DNA of 33,367 nt from Nemertoderma westbladi (taxonomy: Eukaryota; Animalia; Xenacoelomorpha). Location of the stretch: NCBI GenBank assembly GCA_032718475.1, contig JAUCBJ010004286.1, positions 1 to 33,367 of the forward strand, in the 5' to 3' direction. Each line of letters opens with the position of its first letter. The stretch's first letter is position 1. The position numbers and the translations under genes are program-made. Shown here piece by piece: positions 1-12,308 of the stretch. Under the pieces are notes generated by a model. That model made no database searches and had not been told where the DNA came from. It saw only the letters and a program-made list of their open reading frames with translations.

Positions 1-665
1 CTAATTTCGTGTCTAGAGTCTAGGATCTAAGTTCGTGTCTAGAGTCTAGGATATAATTTCGTGTCTAGAGTCTAGGATCTAAGTTCGTGTCTAGAGTCCA
101 GGATCTAATTTCGTGTCTAGAGTCTAGGATCTATGTTCGTGTCTAGAGTCCAGGATCTAATTTCGTGTCTAGAGTCTAGGATCTAAGTTCGTGTCTAGAG
201 TCTAGGATCTAAGTTCATGTCTAGAGTCTAGGATCTAATTTCGTGTCTAGAGTCTAGGATCTATGTTCGTGTCTAGAGTCTAGGATCTAAGTTCGTGTCT
301 AGAGTCTAGGATCTAATTTCGTGTCTAGAGTCTAGGATCTAAGTTCGTGTCTAGAGTCTAGGATCTAATTTCGTGTCTAGAGTCTAGGATCTAAGTTCGT
401 GTCTAGAGTCTAGGATCTAAGTTCATGTCTAGAGTCTAGGATCTAATTTCGTGTCTAGAGTCTAGGATCTAAGTTCGTGTCTAGAGTCTAGGATCTAAGT
501 TCGTGTCTAGAGTCTAGGATCCAATTTCGTGTCTAGAGTCTAGGATCTAATTTCGTGTCTAGAGTCTAGGATCTAAGTTCTCTAATTTCGTGTCTAGAGT
601 CTAGGATCTAATTTCGTGTCTAGAGTCTAGGATCTAAGCTCGACTCTAGAGTCTACGATCTAAGT
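1..665. repeat. Tandem satellite, 26-bp unit CTAA(T/G)TTCGTGTCTAGAGTCTAGGAT, ~25 copies, running off the window edge
   Basis: Directly visible head-to-tail repeats with two main variants (ctaatttc / ctaagttc); the array decays at ~640-665. Confidence 0.97.
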
Positions 666-704
666 TATCCTCTTATCTAAGGACAACACGCCTTGCTGAT
701 AACA

Positions 705-795
705 ACACATGACAAACGCCGAGGTTTATGGTACAATTATTGTAATAGCTATAACATGACAAACGCCGAGGTTTATGGTACAATTATTGTAATAA
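705..795. repeat. Short direct duplication (~45 bp, ACATGACAAACGCCGAGGTTTATGGTACAATTATTGTAATA x2)
   Basis: Two adjacent identical copies are visible. Confidence 0.85.
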
Positions 796-2495
796 CTATA
801 ACATAAATACCACCTGTATCAATCAGTTGATGCTAGTTCTTTAAGAGTTTATAAAAATTATTGTTTAGTTTGATCATAAAAGTATATTGGATTAAATATA
901 TACAGTGAAGCAAGTAAAATTAATAACCTTAGGTACAGTAGCTCATAAAAACTAGTAAGTAAGGTATGAACTTTGATCTAGACGTTCTAACAACAGACCT
1001 ATTGTCTGACTCCCCCCCCATTGTCTACACCCATTCCTGGGCAACCACTCTACTTCGTGTTCCATATTCACTAAACCATCCCTTGCTATTCTCCCAAGTA
1101 ATAAACAAACCAGTAACAAATGATATGAAAAGATAAGTTTTATAGTTTTTTAGAAAAAGTAAAGTAACAAGTAAATTTTCTTCGGCCATTAGGCCAGGGA
1201 TTACGCACAAAGTCTGACGACTTATTTCCAGTCCGGCCCCCCAGAACTTTACTCCCCAGAGGAGAGGAAATTATTTTTAATATATTAATTATATTTATTA
1301 TTTATCTGCCATTAAGGATGCGGCAGAGATGCGCCATGGCTGGTCTCTTTAAAGTATTCGTGCCGAAACGAAAACCGACCTGGGGACCTGGACATATCGA
1401 CTTTGGAGACTCACAAACACTTCCCCCCATCGTTATTTCCATGTTTTAAATAACGGAAAGTAAAATCACGAACACAATGATTGTTCGATATCGGCCTACA
1501 TCAATTGTGATCAAAGTTCGGTCTTCCTTTATGAACGACTATGATTGCTACTGGGTTTCGAGTTGGATACAGAGTAACCTAAGATAATGGTTACCATATG
1601 TGTTACACAACACTTCAGATAGTCCATATTGTTTATATTTCATGGTATTATTATGCTTTAGTACTAAATACTAGCCGTACCGTAGAAAGTCACTTTCAAA
1701 TTACCATTATATTTTGTTAGAAATGATCTGTTTCAATAGTATCTGTTTATATATGATAAATTATTTGCAATAATTATAATTAATTTATATTATATAATAA
1801 TAATTATAATATTATAATTACTATTGTATCTTATTGTCGTATGTTATACAATACCCTCGTTGCTTATCTTTGCAACAATATCGAAACAGGTGCAGCAATT
1901 TTTCGATATTATGAGCGGAAATATTAATAAAAATTATTTTACGATATACGTGAAAGGCAATTAGGCGATAAAGAGGTCTTTCCCTTGTTCTTAAATTTAA
2001 ATTTTAATTTTTCTGGCCCACAGAAAATCTGGCTGGGTAATTTCGATTCTTCTCTGAGTTCTCTCGTTTCGAACGGGTCCCAAAAGTAGAGGCCTAAGCA
2101 AAAGGAAAGGCAATCCTGTAAAGCAGATGTTATTATGATGGTATTATGAGGTAACTGAAAGGTTTCGCCTGTTAAACAACAACTACAGTGCCGTAGGGGT
2201 AGGAGGTATGAGGCACTTCTCAGGTCATGTCTTCCAATCATTGGAGCACCACCCTTAAAAGAAGCAGAATTTAATTCTGAGTCAGAAAATGACCTATATT
2301 TTAAATTTCCTGAAACTATATCCTGAGTCATAGGGGTGACCGTGACGGGATGTCTGGTCCGAATGTTATATATATCTTGCGATGTTATCGGAATGTACTT
2401 AATTCTCGTTAATGGCCTTTCAGTAGTGCTATGGCACTCATTTTGGTCTCATTGGAACCGCAATTACTCGGGTTAGAGACATGTTAGAGACTGCA

Positions 2496-5262
2496 ACCGC
2501 AGACACCCACTGCAACTTACTGTAGAACTCTAGCTAAACCCACCCACCACAGACACCCACTGCAACTTACTGTAGAACTCTAGCTAAACCCACCCACCGC
2601 AGACACCCACTGTAACGAACTGTATAACTCTAGCTAAACCCACCCACCGCAGACACCCACTGGAACTTACTGTAGAACTCTAGCTAAACCCACCCACCGC
2701 AGACAACCACTGCAACTTACTGTAGAACTCTAGCTAAACCCACCCACCGCATCCACCACTGGAACTTACTGTAGAACTCTAGCTAAACAACCCACCACAT
2801 CCACCACTGGAACTTACTGTAGAACTCTAGCTAAACAACCCACCACATCCACCACTGGAACTTACTGTAGAACTCTAGCTAAACCCACCCACCGCATCCA
2901 CCACTGGAACTTACTGTAGAACTCTAGCTAAACAACCCACCACATCCACCACTGGAACTTACTGTAGAACTCTAGCTAAACCCACCCACCGCAGACACCC
3001 ACTGGAACTTACTGTAGAACTCTAGCTAAACCCATCCACCGCATCCACCACTGGAACTTACTGTAGAACTATAGCTAAACCCATCCACCGCATCCACCAC
3101 TGGAACTTACTGTAGAACTATAGCTAAACCCACCCACCGCAGCCACCCGCTGCAACTTACTATAGAACTCTGGCTAAACCCACCCACCGCATCCACCACT
3201 GGAACTTACTGTAGAACTCTAGCTAAACAACCCACCACATCCACCACTGGAACTTACTGTAGAACTCTAGCTAAACCCACCCACCGCAGACACCCACTGG
3301 AACTTACTGTAGAACTCTAGCTAAACCCATCCACCGCATCCACCACTGGAACTTACTGTAGAACTATAGCTAAACCCACCCACCGCAGACACCCACTGGA
3401 ACTTACTGTAGAACTCTAGCTAAACCCACCCACCGCAGACACCCACTGGAACTTACTGTAGAACTCTAGCTAAACCCATCCACCGCATCCACCACTGGAA
3501 CTTACTGTAGAACTATAGCTAAACCCACCCACCGCAGACACCCACTGGAACTTACTGTAGAACTCTAGCTAAACCCACCCACCGCATCCACCACTGAAAT
3601 TTACTGTAGAACTCTAGCTAAACCCACCCACCGCAGACACCCACTGCAACTTACTGTAGAACTCTAGCTAAACCCACCCACCGCAGACACCCACTGTAAC
3701 GAACTGTATAACTCTAGCTAAACCCACCCACCGCAGACACCCACTGGAACTTACTGTGGAACTCTAGATAAACCCACCCACCGCAGACACCCACTGTAAC
3801 GAACTGTATAACTCTAGCTAAACCCACCCACCGCAGACACCCACTGTAACGAACTGTATAACTCTAGCTAAACCCACCCACCGCAGACACCCACTGCAAC
3901 TTACTGTAGAACTCTAGCTAAACCCACCCACCGCAGACACCCACTGGAACTTACTGTAGAACTCTAGCTAAACCCATCCACCGCATCCACCACTGGAACT
4001 TACTGTAGAACTATAGCTAAACCCACCCACCACAGACACCCACTGGAACTTACTGTAGAACTCTAGCTAAACCCACCCACCGCAGACACCCACTGGAACT
4101 TACTGTGGAACTCTAGATAAACCCACCCACCGCAGACACCCACTGTAACGAACTGTATAACTCTAGCTAAACCCACCCACCGCAGACACCCACTGTAACG
4201 AACTGTATAACTCTAGCTAAACCCACCCACCGCAGACACCCACTGCAACTTACTGTAGAACTCTAGCTAAACCCACCCACCGCAGACACCCACTGCAACT
4301 TACTGTAGAACTCTAGCTAAACCCACCCACCGCAGACACCCACTGGAACTTACTGTAGAACTCTAGCTAAACCCATCCACCGCATCCACCACTGGAACTT
4401 ACTGTAGAACTATAGCTAAACCCACCCACCACAGACACCCACTGGAACTTACTGTAGAACTCTAGCTAAACCCACCCACCGCAGACACCCACTGGAACTT
4501 ACTGTGGAACTCTAGATAAACCCACCCACCGCAGACACCCACTGTAACGAACTGTATAACTCTAGCTAAACCCACCCACCGCAGACACCCACTGTAACGA
4601 ACTGTATAACTCTAGCTAAACCCACCCACCGCAGACACCCACTGCAACTTACTGTAGAACTCTAGCTAAACCCACCCACCGCAGACACCCACTGCAACTT
4701 ACTGTAGAACTCTAGCTAAACCCACCCACCGCAGACACCCACTGGAACTTACTGTATAACTCTAGCTAAACCCACCCACCGCAGACACCCACTGCAACTT
4801 ACTGTAGAACTCTAGATAAACCCACCCACCGCAGACACCCACTGCAACTTACTGTAGAACTCTAGATAAACCCACCCACCGCAGACACCCACTGCAACTT
4901 ACTGTAGAACTCTAGATAAACCCACCCACCGCAGACACCTACTGTAACGAACTGTATAACTCTAGCTAAACCCACCCACCGCAGACACCCACTGTAACGA
5001 ACTGTATAACTCTAGCTAAACCCACCCACCGCAGACACCCACTGGAACTTACTATAGAACTCTAGCTAAACCCACCCACCACAGACACCCACTGGAACTT
5101 ACTGTAGAACTCTAGATAAACCCACCCACCGCAGACACCTACTGTAACGAACTGTATAACTCTAGCTAAACCCACCCACCGCAGACACCCACTGCAACTT
5201 ACTGTAGAACTCTAGCTAAACTGACCCACCGCAGCCACCCACTGGAACTTACTGTAGAACTC
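2496..5262. repeat. Tandem satellite/minisatellite, 50-bp unit (49-bp variant) CCCACCCACCGCAGACACCCACTG(G/C)AACTTACTGTAGAACTCTAGCTAAA, ~55 copies
   Basis: Directly visible head-to-tail repeats with recurring variant monomers (gcatccacc, tgtaacgaactgtata, tgtggaactctagataa). Confidence 0.98.
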
Positions 5263-5603
5263 ATGATCGCCGTCATGAAATATCTTATTCAATTCAAATA
5301 ATATTTAAATACTGTTTGAGGCTGCAGTATTTTAGAAATTGGTCCGACGGTATTACGTATATTGTAAGGTAGAACAATGTTGCTAATTTATTGTCATGTT
5401 ACCACTTGCTTGAAACATATATAAAAGAAAGCAAAAAATTTTTGGATAAAATATGTTATAAATGGTGAAGGGCTGTTTTATAATTTATATTAGCCCAATA
5501 AAGGTTTCGATTTCGATTCAGTATACACATAATAAATATACTTGGACGAATAAAATAATAATTATCCACGGAAATTAGGAATTATATTGTGTCGTCATTA
5601 GAT

Positions 5604-8600
5604 ATGGCTAGTGAACACATACGGCGGATGGGTTTCGTGATGTTTACAATGAAACCATTGGACGAATGGCTGGCCAATAAGTCCATTGTATCTCGCTGTA
5701 TATTTGGAATATTGAGGGCCTATGGGCATCCTGTGTTTGTTAATAACCCGTTGTCTGGCTTAATTATATTAGCAGGTGAGGTTATTTATTTCAAATCCTT
5801 CATTTACTTATGATTGGCTGTTAACCTTATCTCATTATATCCATAGCTTTGTTTACTGATTGGCTGTTAACCAATATCAATCTCTATGCGTACTGATTGG
5901 CTGTTAACCAATCACAATCTCTATGCGTACTGATTGGCTGCTAACTAATCTCAAACTCTATGCGTACTGATTGGCTGTTAACCAATCTCAATCTCTATGC
6001 GTACTGATTGGCTGCTAACTAATCTCAATCTCTATGCGTACTGATTGGCTGCTAACTAATCTCAAACTCTTTGCTTACTGATTAGGCATAGATTTATTTA
6101 TACATTATGTAAAAACAATAACAAATACACCAAACAATGTACCGGTATAAAGGTATTGTCCAACATAACATATAGGATTACCCCTAAAGCTTTGCAGCTT
6201 ATTTCCAAGGGGGTCCTTTATGTTACTTGGTTACAAATACAATATTACACTACGCTAACCTAAAACCAATATAAAACGTAATTACACTATGTACATGTAC
6301 AACTTTACCGAGAGCGTGACAATGTCCGACTCAACGATAAAGATGTAATGTACAGAACAATTTATTATAAAACGTAATTACAGTATAAATAGTAAATAAT
6401 TAATAAACTAATAACTTACTGTAGGACTATTGTACCTATTTTTACATTGCACACGGAGATGAGATTTAACTGCAGATTTAAAAGAATGTTGATTATTTAG
6501 GTTTTTAATTTCATTAGGCAGAGCGTTCCAATTTTTTATGCCGTTAAAAAAGAAAGTATCAGATTCAAAGGATTTACAATTCGGGAGGTAGAAGTTTGAA
6601 GCACTAGCTCTGGTACTGTAAGAGTGTGTATCGCGTACTCTGTTGAATTTTTGTTTTAGGTAATTGGGACATTTACCATTATACACTTTATGCACATGGT
6701 TAAGGCGTAGCTGCTTAACTCTACTATCTAAGTTAAGTAGTCCAGATTCAGAAAAGTCATCTGGAGTTAGGTGGTGCCTAGGTTTGTAGTCTTTAATAAA
6801 TCGTACTACTTTATTCTGAGCTACTTGTAATTTACATTTAAGCTGTTTGGTTAAGCCTTCATACCAAGAAGAGCACGCATAGTCCATGTGACACTGTATT
6901 AAAGAAGAGCAAAGTAACTTGCGGGAGTCGGTGTTTAAACTATTTTGGTTTCTGTATAGAAACCTAAGCCTACTGTTAACTTTCGAGAAAATATTTTTCA
7001 CTGTACTTTCTCCTGATAAGCAGTTATCCAATGTGGCGCCTAAATATTTAACTTCCTTTTTATTTTCAATCTTATGTCCATTACTAGTGACTTCAAACTT
7101 AGTTACCTTCTTTAACTTTCTTTTGGAACCAAACAAAATACTTTCAGTTTTACCGTAGTGAATGGATAGCTTATTATCAACCAACCACTCATTACAGGAT
7201 TCTAGGACTGCACTTAACTTTTGGGAAATATGGATAGGATCTTTATGAGAGAAAATAAGAGCACTGTCGTCAGCATATAAAATGAGTTTAAAATCGGGAT
7301 CTATACTACTTATCATATCATTTACATAACATACAAAAAGCAGAGGACCTAATATACTACCTTGCGGTACACCACAGGTAATCTCTTGTACAGTAGACAG
7401 CGATTTGCTAATGACTACAGTTTGACCTTACTTTGCTTACTGATTGGCTGTTAACCATGTTTTCTCTTAGCAACAATTATAAACAATCAGTGGCAGGCGG
7501 TATGCGGATTATTGGCCACTGTTACTGCAGCTGTTGTTGGCATGGTTGCCAGGTTGCCTGGAGTTTACGATGGCAGTGCCTTGTGGAACAGTCTACTCGT
7601 TGGCCTAGTATCCCCTATATTCTCCGGACGGGGTCAATGGTACTGGCCCATGTTGGGAGCTGTGGTCATATTGTCGGTAATAACGTAAGTCAACCCTCAA
7701 CACATTAGTATATTATTAAATTTTACATTTCATATAATATACGAGTATGAAGTCATAAATGTTAGAAATATTAAATTTGTTTTGCTTTTTATATTTCATT
7801 TTCAGCCTCTTTATCCACAACTCTTTTTCCAACCTCCTCCGACGATCTTGCAACCTCCCAGCTCTCAACTTCCCCTTCAATACCGTCACTTTCCTGTTCC
7901 TAGCCGCTGCTTCAACCGTCAATCATCACTATCCACAAATATTTCAGTTACCACGGCAACCGTTTGCTGAAACCGACATCGATTCGATGTCGCTATTTAA
8001 GGGAGTTTTCATTGGAATTGGTGAGTCGTTTGGGATAGTTGAAGCAAATAGATAAATAACAAGATTGCGAGACAATTTCTAATGGATTATTAAGAATTAG
8101 TAACCGATACAACTGAAGATAATACTTCTATTGCTATTGTAAATATTAAATAAATATATGTAATATTTAAATATCTTTTACAGGACAATGTATGGCATTG
8201 ACTAATATCATATCCGCATCATTGGTGGTAGCAGCAATGTTGATATGCAGTCCAGTGGCATGTCTTCTTGCAATATTGGGATCTATTGTTGGAATAATTA
8301 CAGGTTAATCCATAAAATAACTTATATTAATAAAATAATCATAACTGTGTGGTTTGGACAGGTAGAGTGTAGCATAACAATGAATAATAGGTTAGGTAGT
8401 TTGCTTTGTATTTTAGGTTTAGCTATGGCCGGTGACGTTACTGACTTGTATTTTGGAATCTGGGGTTACAATTCAGTACTTGTGGCCATAACAGTTGGAG
8501 GTTTCTGCTACCGTCTTAACTGGAGATCCTTCACTTTGGGTCTACTAGCCGCAAGTATATCGGCAGTATTTGGTGAAGCGTTAAGGAAACTAACTGTAAG

Positions 8601-9320
8601 TTGGAATGAGTGACGTCAAATAGGCGAAGTAGATACCCGAGGAAACACAAAGGAAAAAGGTCACGAGAATGGCAAAATAGACAGGGGAAAGGGAAAAGGC
8701 CGAGGGGTAAACAAAATGGCCAAGAAAAATGGCAAAGGTAAATTAAAAATAAGCAAAGGAAAAAGGCAAATAAAAACCCCCAAGGCAAAAATCTTAGCCG
8801 AAAATTCAAAATGCCGACTTCTAAGCTAGTGCCTCCCCCCCCCAAGTTTTGGTAGTGTTGGGCTGGTTTCAAAACTTTATAAAATTGTTGGTAAGTTTAC
8901 GTTTTCCAAGTTATTAAATATTGAAAAATATATTACTAAAAATGTAAACTGGGAAAAAAAACTGTAAATTGAAGACTGAAAATTGTTAAAAAACACTTTT
9001 GCTTGATACATAGGTAATATCCTAATATCCAATTTAATTAGTCACAATATCTCTAGTCTTACAAACGAATTTATATACAAAAAATAATATATTTACTGCC
9101 AGTTCTGTATAAAATATATTCGGTATATTTTCAGATAATTCCTACACTCGCTTTCCCATTCGCGTTGACTTCCTTTTTGATGCTGAACTTGGAATCCAAG
9201 GAAACCGCCGACTATCAACGACAGCCATTGGATAAACTTAGCTGTATAGAAGATCATTACAGACAGACTGGAGACGAAAACTCAATCAATCCGGCCCCCA
9301 ATGCCCATTCCGATCTGTAA
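5604..9320 (+). CDS. SLC14A: Urea transporter (SLC14/UT family), 6 coding exons, 361 aa
   Basis: Exons 5604-5775, 7471-7684, 7806-8020, 8184-8303, 8417-8595 and 9135-9320 have GT..AG boundaries with matching phases (1,2,1,1,0) and total 1086 nt. The translation shows UT signatures ILRAYGHPVFVNNPLSGLIIL, LPALNFPFN, GIGQ, YFGIWGYN and IPTLAFPF plus many hydrophobic segments. Confidence 0.93.
5806..6083. repeat. Intronic minisatellite, ~37-bp unit TACTGATTGGCTG(T/C)TAAC(C/T)AATCTCAATCTCTATGCG
   Basis: About 7 tandem copies in UT intron 1; a further partial unit lies on the far side of the LINE at 7431-7457. Confidence 0.9.
6084..7430 (-). mobile_element. 5'-truncated non-LTR retrotransposon (CR1 group, Crack/L2-like), antisense in UT intron 1
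   Basis: RT C-terminal ORF plus a 3' UTR containing a GGACCCC..GGAAATAAG..GGGG stem-loop and a terminal AATAAA-like tail; flanked by the 15-bp direct repeat CTTTGCTTACTGATT (6069-6083 and 7431-7445). Clade assignment is from recalled motif style. Confidence 0.85.
6408..7427 (-). pseudogene. LINE ORF2 fragment: reverse transcriptase C-terminal half and tail
   Basis: The frame is open from ~7427 and reads ITCGVPQGSILGPLLFVCYVND...LYADDS...VKYLGATLD...DYACSSW...WNALP, which are non-LTR RT motifs. There is no endonuclease or RT N-terminus. Confidence 0.92.
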
Positions 9321-9823
9321 TAATATACCAGGGTATCGGAACTATAATAACTCTAGGTTTTTTTTTACTGAGTTTTTGACACGAGACAATAATTATTAGC
9401 CTGTAGTGGAACAACTGTGATATGGGGCGGGGGGGGGGGGGGGATCCAATCTGTCCCGGTAACAGTTAGCATGGTATTCTAACCAAAACAATAAACGAGT
9501 CAATAGAACAGGTTACACGATGTATTTTTTAGAGTAATCTTTGATTCCCCCCCCCCCCCGGCCTCCTTATCTGGTATTATGAAGATCCCAATATTTTCTA
9601 TTCATTGATATTCCGATTTTGTATCCGGATAAAAATATTTAATAACTGAGATAAATGTTGTTCAATATCCAAATTATCCAATATGTATTTATTTTATAAA
9701 CTATAAATTATTTTAAATTACAAAGAATTTAGAGATGATGTATAAAGTAAACCGAGACACTAGAATATTTGTTTGGCGTGATTCCTGAGTAGACTGCTAC
9801 ATATAGTTACTATGGCAACCTAC

Positions 9824-11262
9824 TCAGGATGTGTTCTCATCCACGCCGGTCAATAACCCCGTGTCCATGGCAACCTCCCCTATAAGTTTCTGAATCTCCT
9901 TGAACTGGGGTCTGGCCGCGTCCCTGACCAGCTGTAGAATGAGACTCTCGCTGGTCGTCACGTAAACCCCGGACTGTCTCATTCGCTCCAAGGCGAACAT
10001 CCGTTCGGTCATACTGCGGGAGGAAACCGCGTCGGCGACCACATGGACCTCGTAACCGCGGTCCACGAGGTCCAAACTCGTCATCAGAATACACGCCTGT
10101 GGAACAAATGATGTATCGCGTGACAACTGGGTTAAAAAAAACGAGGTGGTGCAAAACAGCTTTTAACTTTATTTTATTAAATAAAACTTTTGAGAAATAA
10201 GATCACGTCTGATATCTCTACTTATAGTTATCCTTTTAGTAACATTCCAGGTGACACCAACTGCTGTTAGCGCAGAGGTTCTATATAAATCAAAAGCTAT
10301 TTATTGAGGTTCAACAAAGTGAGGAAGATTTTCTAATCGCGCCGCTCGTGAGAAAAACACTTTACCGCAAACACTACTTCTCGTCTGTTTTATTTATCAA
10401 TATATTTTAATAATTAAGCATTCTTCCTGACTTAATGTAATTGTAAAATTTGATCACATTCGGAGAACGACTTAAGAAGGCATGTACACTTATTTTTTTG
10501 GTTTTGTCGTTTTATTCTACTTAATTTTGTATTATGAAATATAGTTAGTTGGAAATAAGCGATAAAATCTACATGAGGTCAAATTAGCAATACTTTCTTT
10601 GTTACAATATGTTTTGGTTAAAATATTTGAATTAACTGGTGTAACAGTTTATAGTTTAAATCGCGTCGTATTATGAAGTTGGAAGTTAATTGTGACAAAA
10701 TATCACGTCTGTACGTTACGATGACAACTGCAAAAATCCACTTGGTAACATTTTATTGGCAAAATATGTAATTGTATCCACCGTAAAATAATCAGCTGGT
10801 GAGAGGGAACTGCTTAGAGAAACTCTATAAAATATAAACGAATTGAAACTAAATAAATTTAATAATTAATTTTATCGAAATTTATCTAACCTGAGTTTCT
10901 ATTCCACATAATATAACAGATTGGATTTCCTTATTAGTATCCAATTTCTCGATAATTTCCGGTACAGCCATACTAAAGCAAGTCTTTGGAACTCTCAAAA
11001 CGTCATCGGTTAGATTGAGTTCAGGGACTGTGGGACCTAATCCCTTAGGATATTGCTCCGTTGCCAGGGTAACCATGTTGAGTATCCGCGCGGTGTCTAT
11101 AATCCTGTTTGTTGTATTTATAATTTGAGGAAAATATTGGATTGTTTTGCGAAATTTTTCTTGCATATCGCATATTAAAAGGGAGGAGTTCTTTGGTGAT
11201 CGGATTACACCTGTGCGACTTCTGGTAGAAGAGATAGCAGCTTTTACAACATTTGATGACAT
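9824..11262 (-). CDS. ISOC2: Isochorismatase domain-containing protein (ISOC2-like), 2 exons, 214 aa
   Basis: Exon 11262-10891 (CAG|GTTAGA donor) joins exon 10096-9824 (TTCCACAG| acceptor) in phase 0, total 645 nt. Motifs: [36 protein letters not shown]|[14 protein letters not shown]. The Ser/Arg-rich N-terminus is compatible with mitochondrial targeting. ISOC2 rather than ISOC1 is inferred from length and the E-x-Q-A-C-I motif. Confidence 0.9.
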
Positions 11263-12308
11263 ATTTCCAGCCAGATGATGATAAGCTATGAATGTACCGT
11301 ACCCGGGTATATGAAAGGGCTATCTACTGATCTATTCAGCTATTATTATTACCCTTACTAATAAATAAATAGGCCTAACGATATTGCCGGTACTACTGCA
11401 GTACTGTCCGTGCAGTGCACGTACCGTAAGCGTAAGTCCATAGTCACTAGTCAGGTACCGCGGTACCGCTACCGGTGTGGTAGTCAAGGAAGACCACGTT
11501 CAGGCAGAGCTTAAAACAGTCAGACAGCAATACTGTAATATGTCTGCACGTACAGTCCCTATTGAAAAGTCAAACGATGCGCCAAGCACCAAGTGCAAAA
11601 AATTCTGGGCCGGCTTGGTGGAGATCTACGTCAGCAACTCAAAAATTAAAAGAGCGCAGCCTGGCAGCATCTCTAACATTGCCGATTCCTGGAATCTACG
11701 CTGGCTGCCCCGGCGCAGCCCGCAGCACATTCATCGACATCTCTACGGATGCGCCAGCCCTTCCAGCACAGCCTTGCGCTTTGCCCGCAGTAGCCCATTT
11801 CTGCGCTAGCTCATGACGCAAGAGACTATGAGACCATGAGGCTATGGAAGAGACATATGCACTCCTATGGTTATTAATCACATCCACATGGTGTTACGAA
11901 TCCTGGAAACAGAATGGAGAGTATTGATTTATTGTCTGACAACATTTATACTGTATACACTGTACATACAGTAAAGACGGAACACATTATACAGTAAAGA
12001 GTACAAGTAAGAAACTCATATAATATTATGCAGCATTTAATACACACTGTGAACAATTGTGAATAACTTGTGAATAATATTATTAATATAACGGTTTAGT
12101 AGTTTGTTTTTCTTGCGATATTATTTCACTGTTACTAAATACGTTTGTATAATTATACTGTATGTGTATATTCATACTGTATGTATAGGGATACAAGGTA
12201 TTCATAATATACTGTTACAGTATTTAAGGACCCGATAACTTATGAACATTTAATTAAGTTACAACAACTTTAAAAAGATACAGTAATTAAAAACTATTTT
12301 AGTTTTTT

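Noticed and set aside
1939-2331. 130-aa minus-strand ORF
   Set aside because: No recognisable motif or splice context; possibly decayed transposon sequence but cannot be supported.
7433-8872. Track ORFs 7433-7708, 7716-7922, 7782-7970 and 8531-8872 as separate genes
   Set aside because: They are off-frame or antisense shadows of urea transporter exons, or low-complexity intron sequence.
9424-9558. Poly-G and poly-C runs as a terminator or defined MITE between the convergent genes
   Set aside because: Only the homopolymers are complementary; no extended TIR or TSD was found.
9320-9824. Functional nitrogen-metabolism cluster of the urea transporter and the isochorismatase-family hydrolase
   Set aside because: Adjacent convergent genes in an animal genome do not imply a shared pathway, and ISOC substrates are not established; conserved synteny would be needed.
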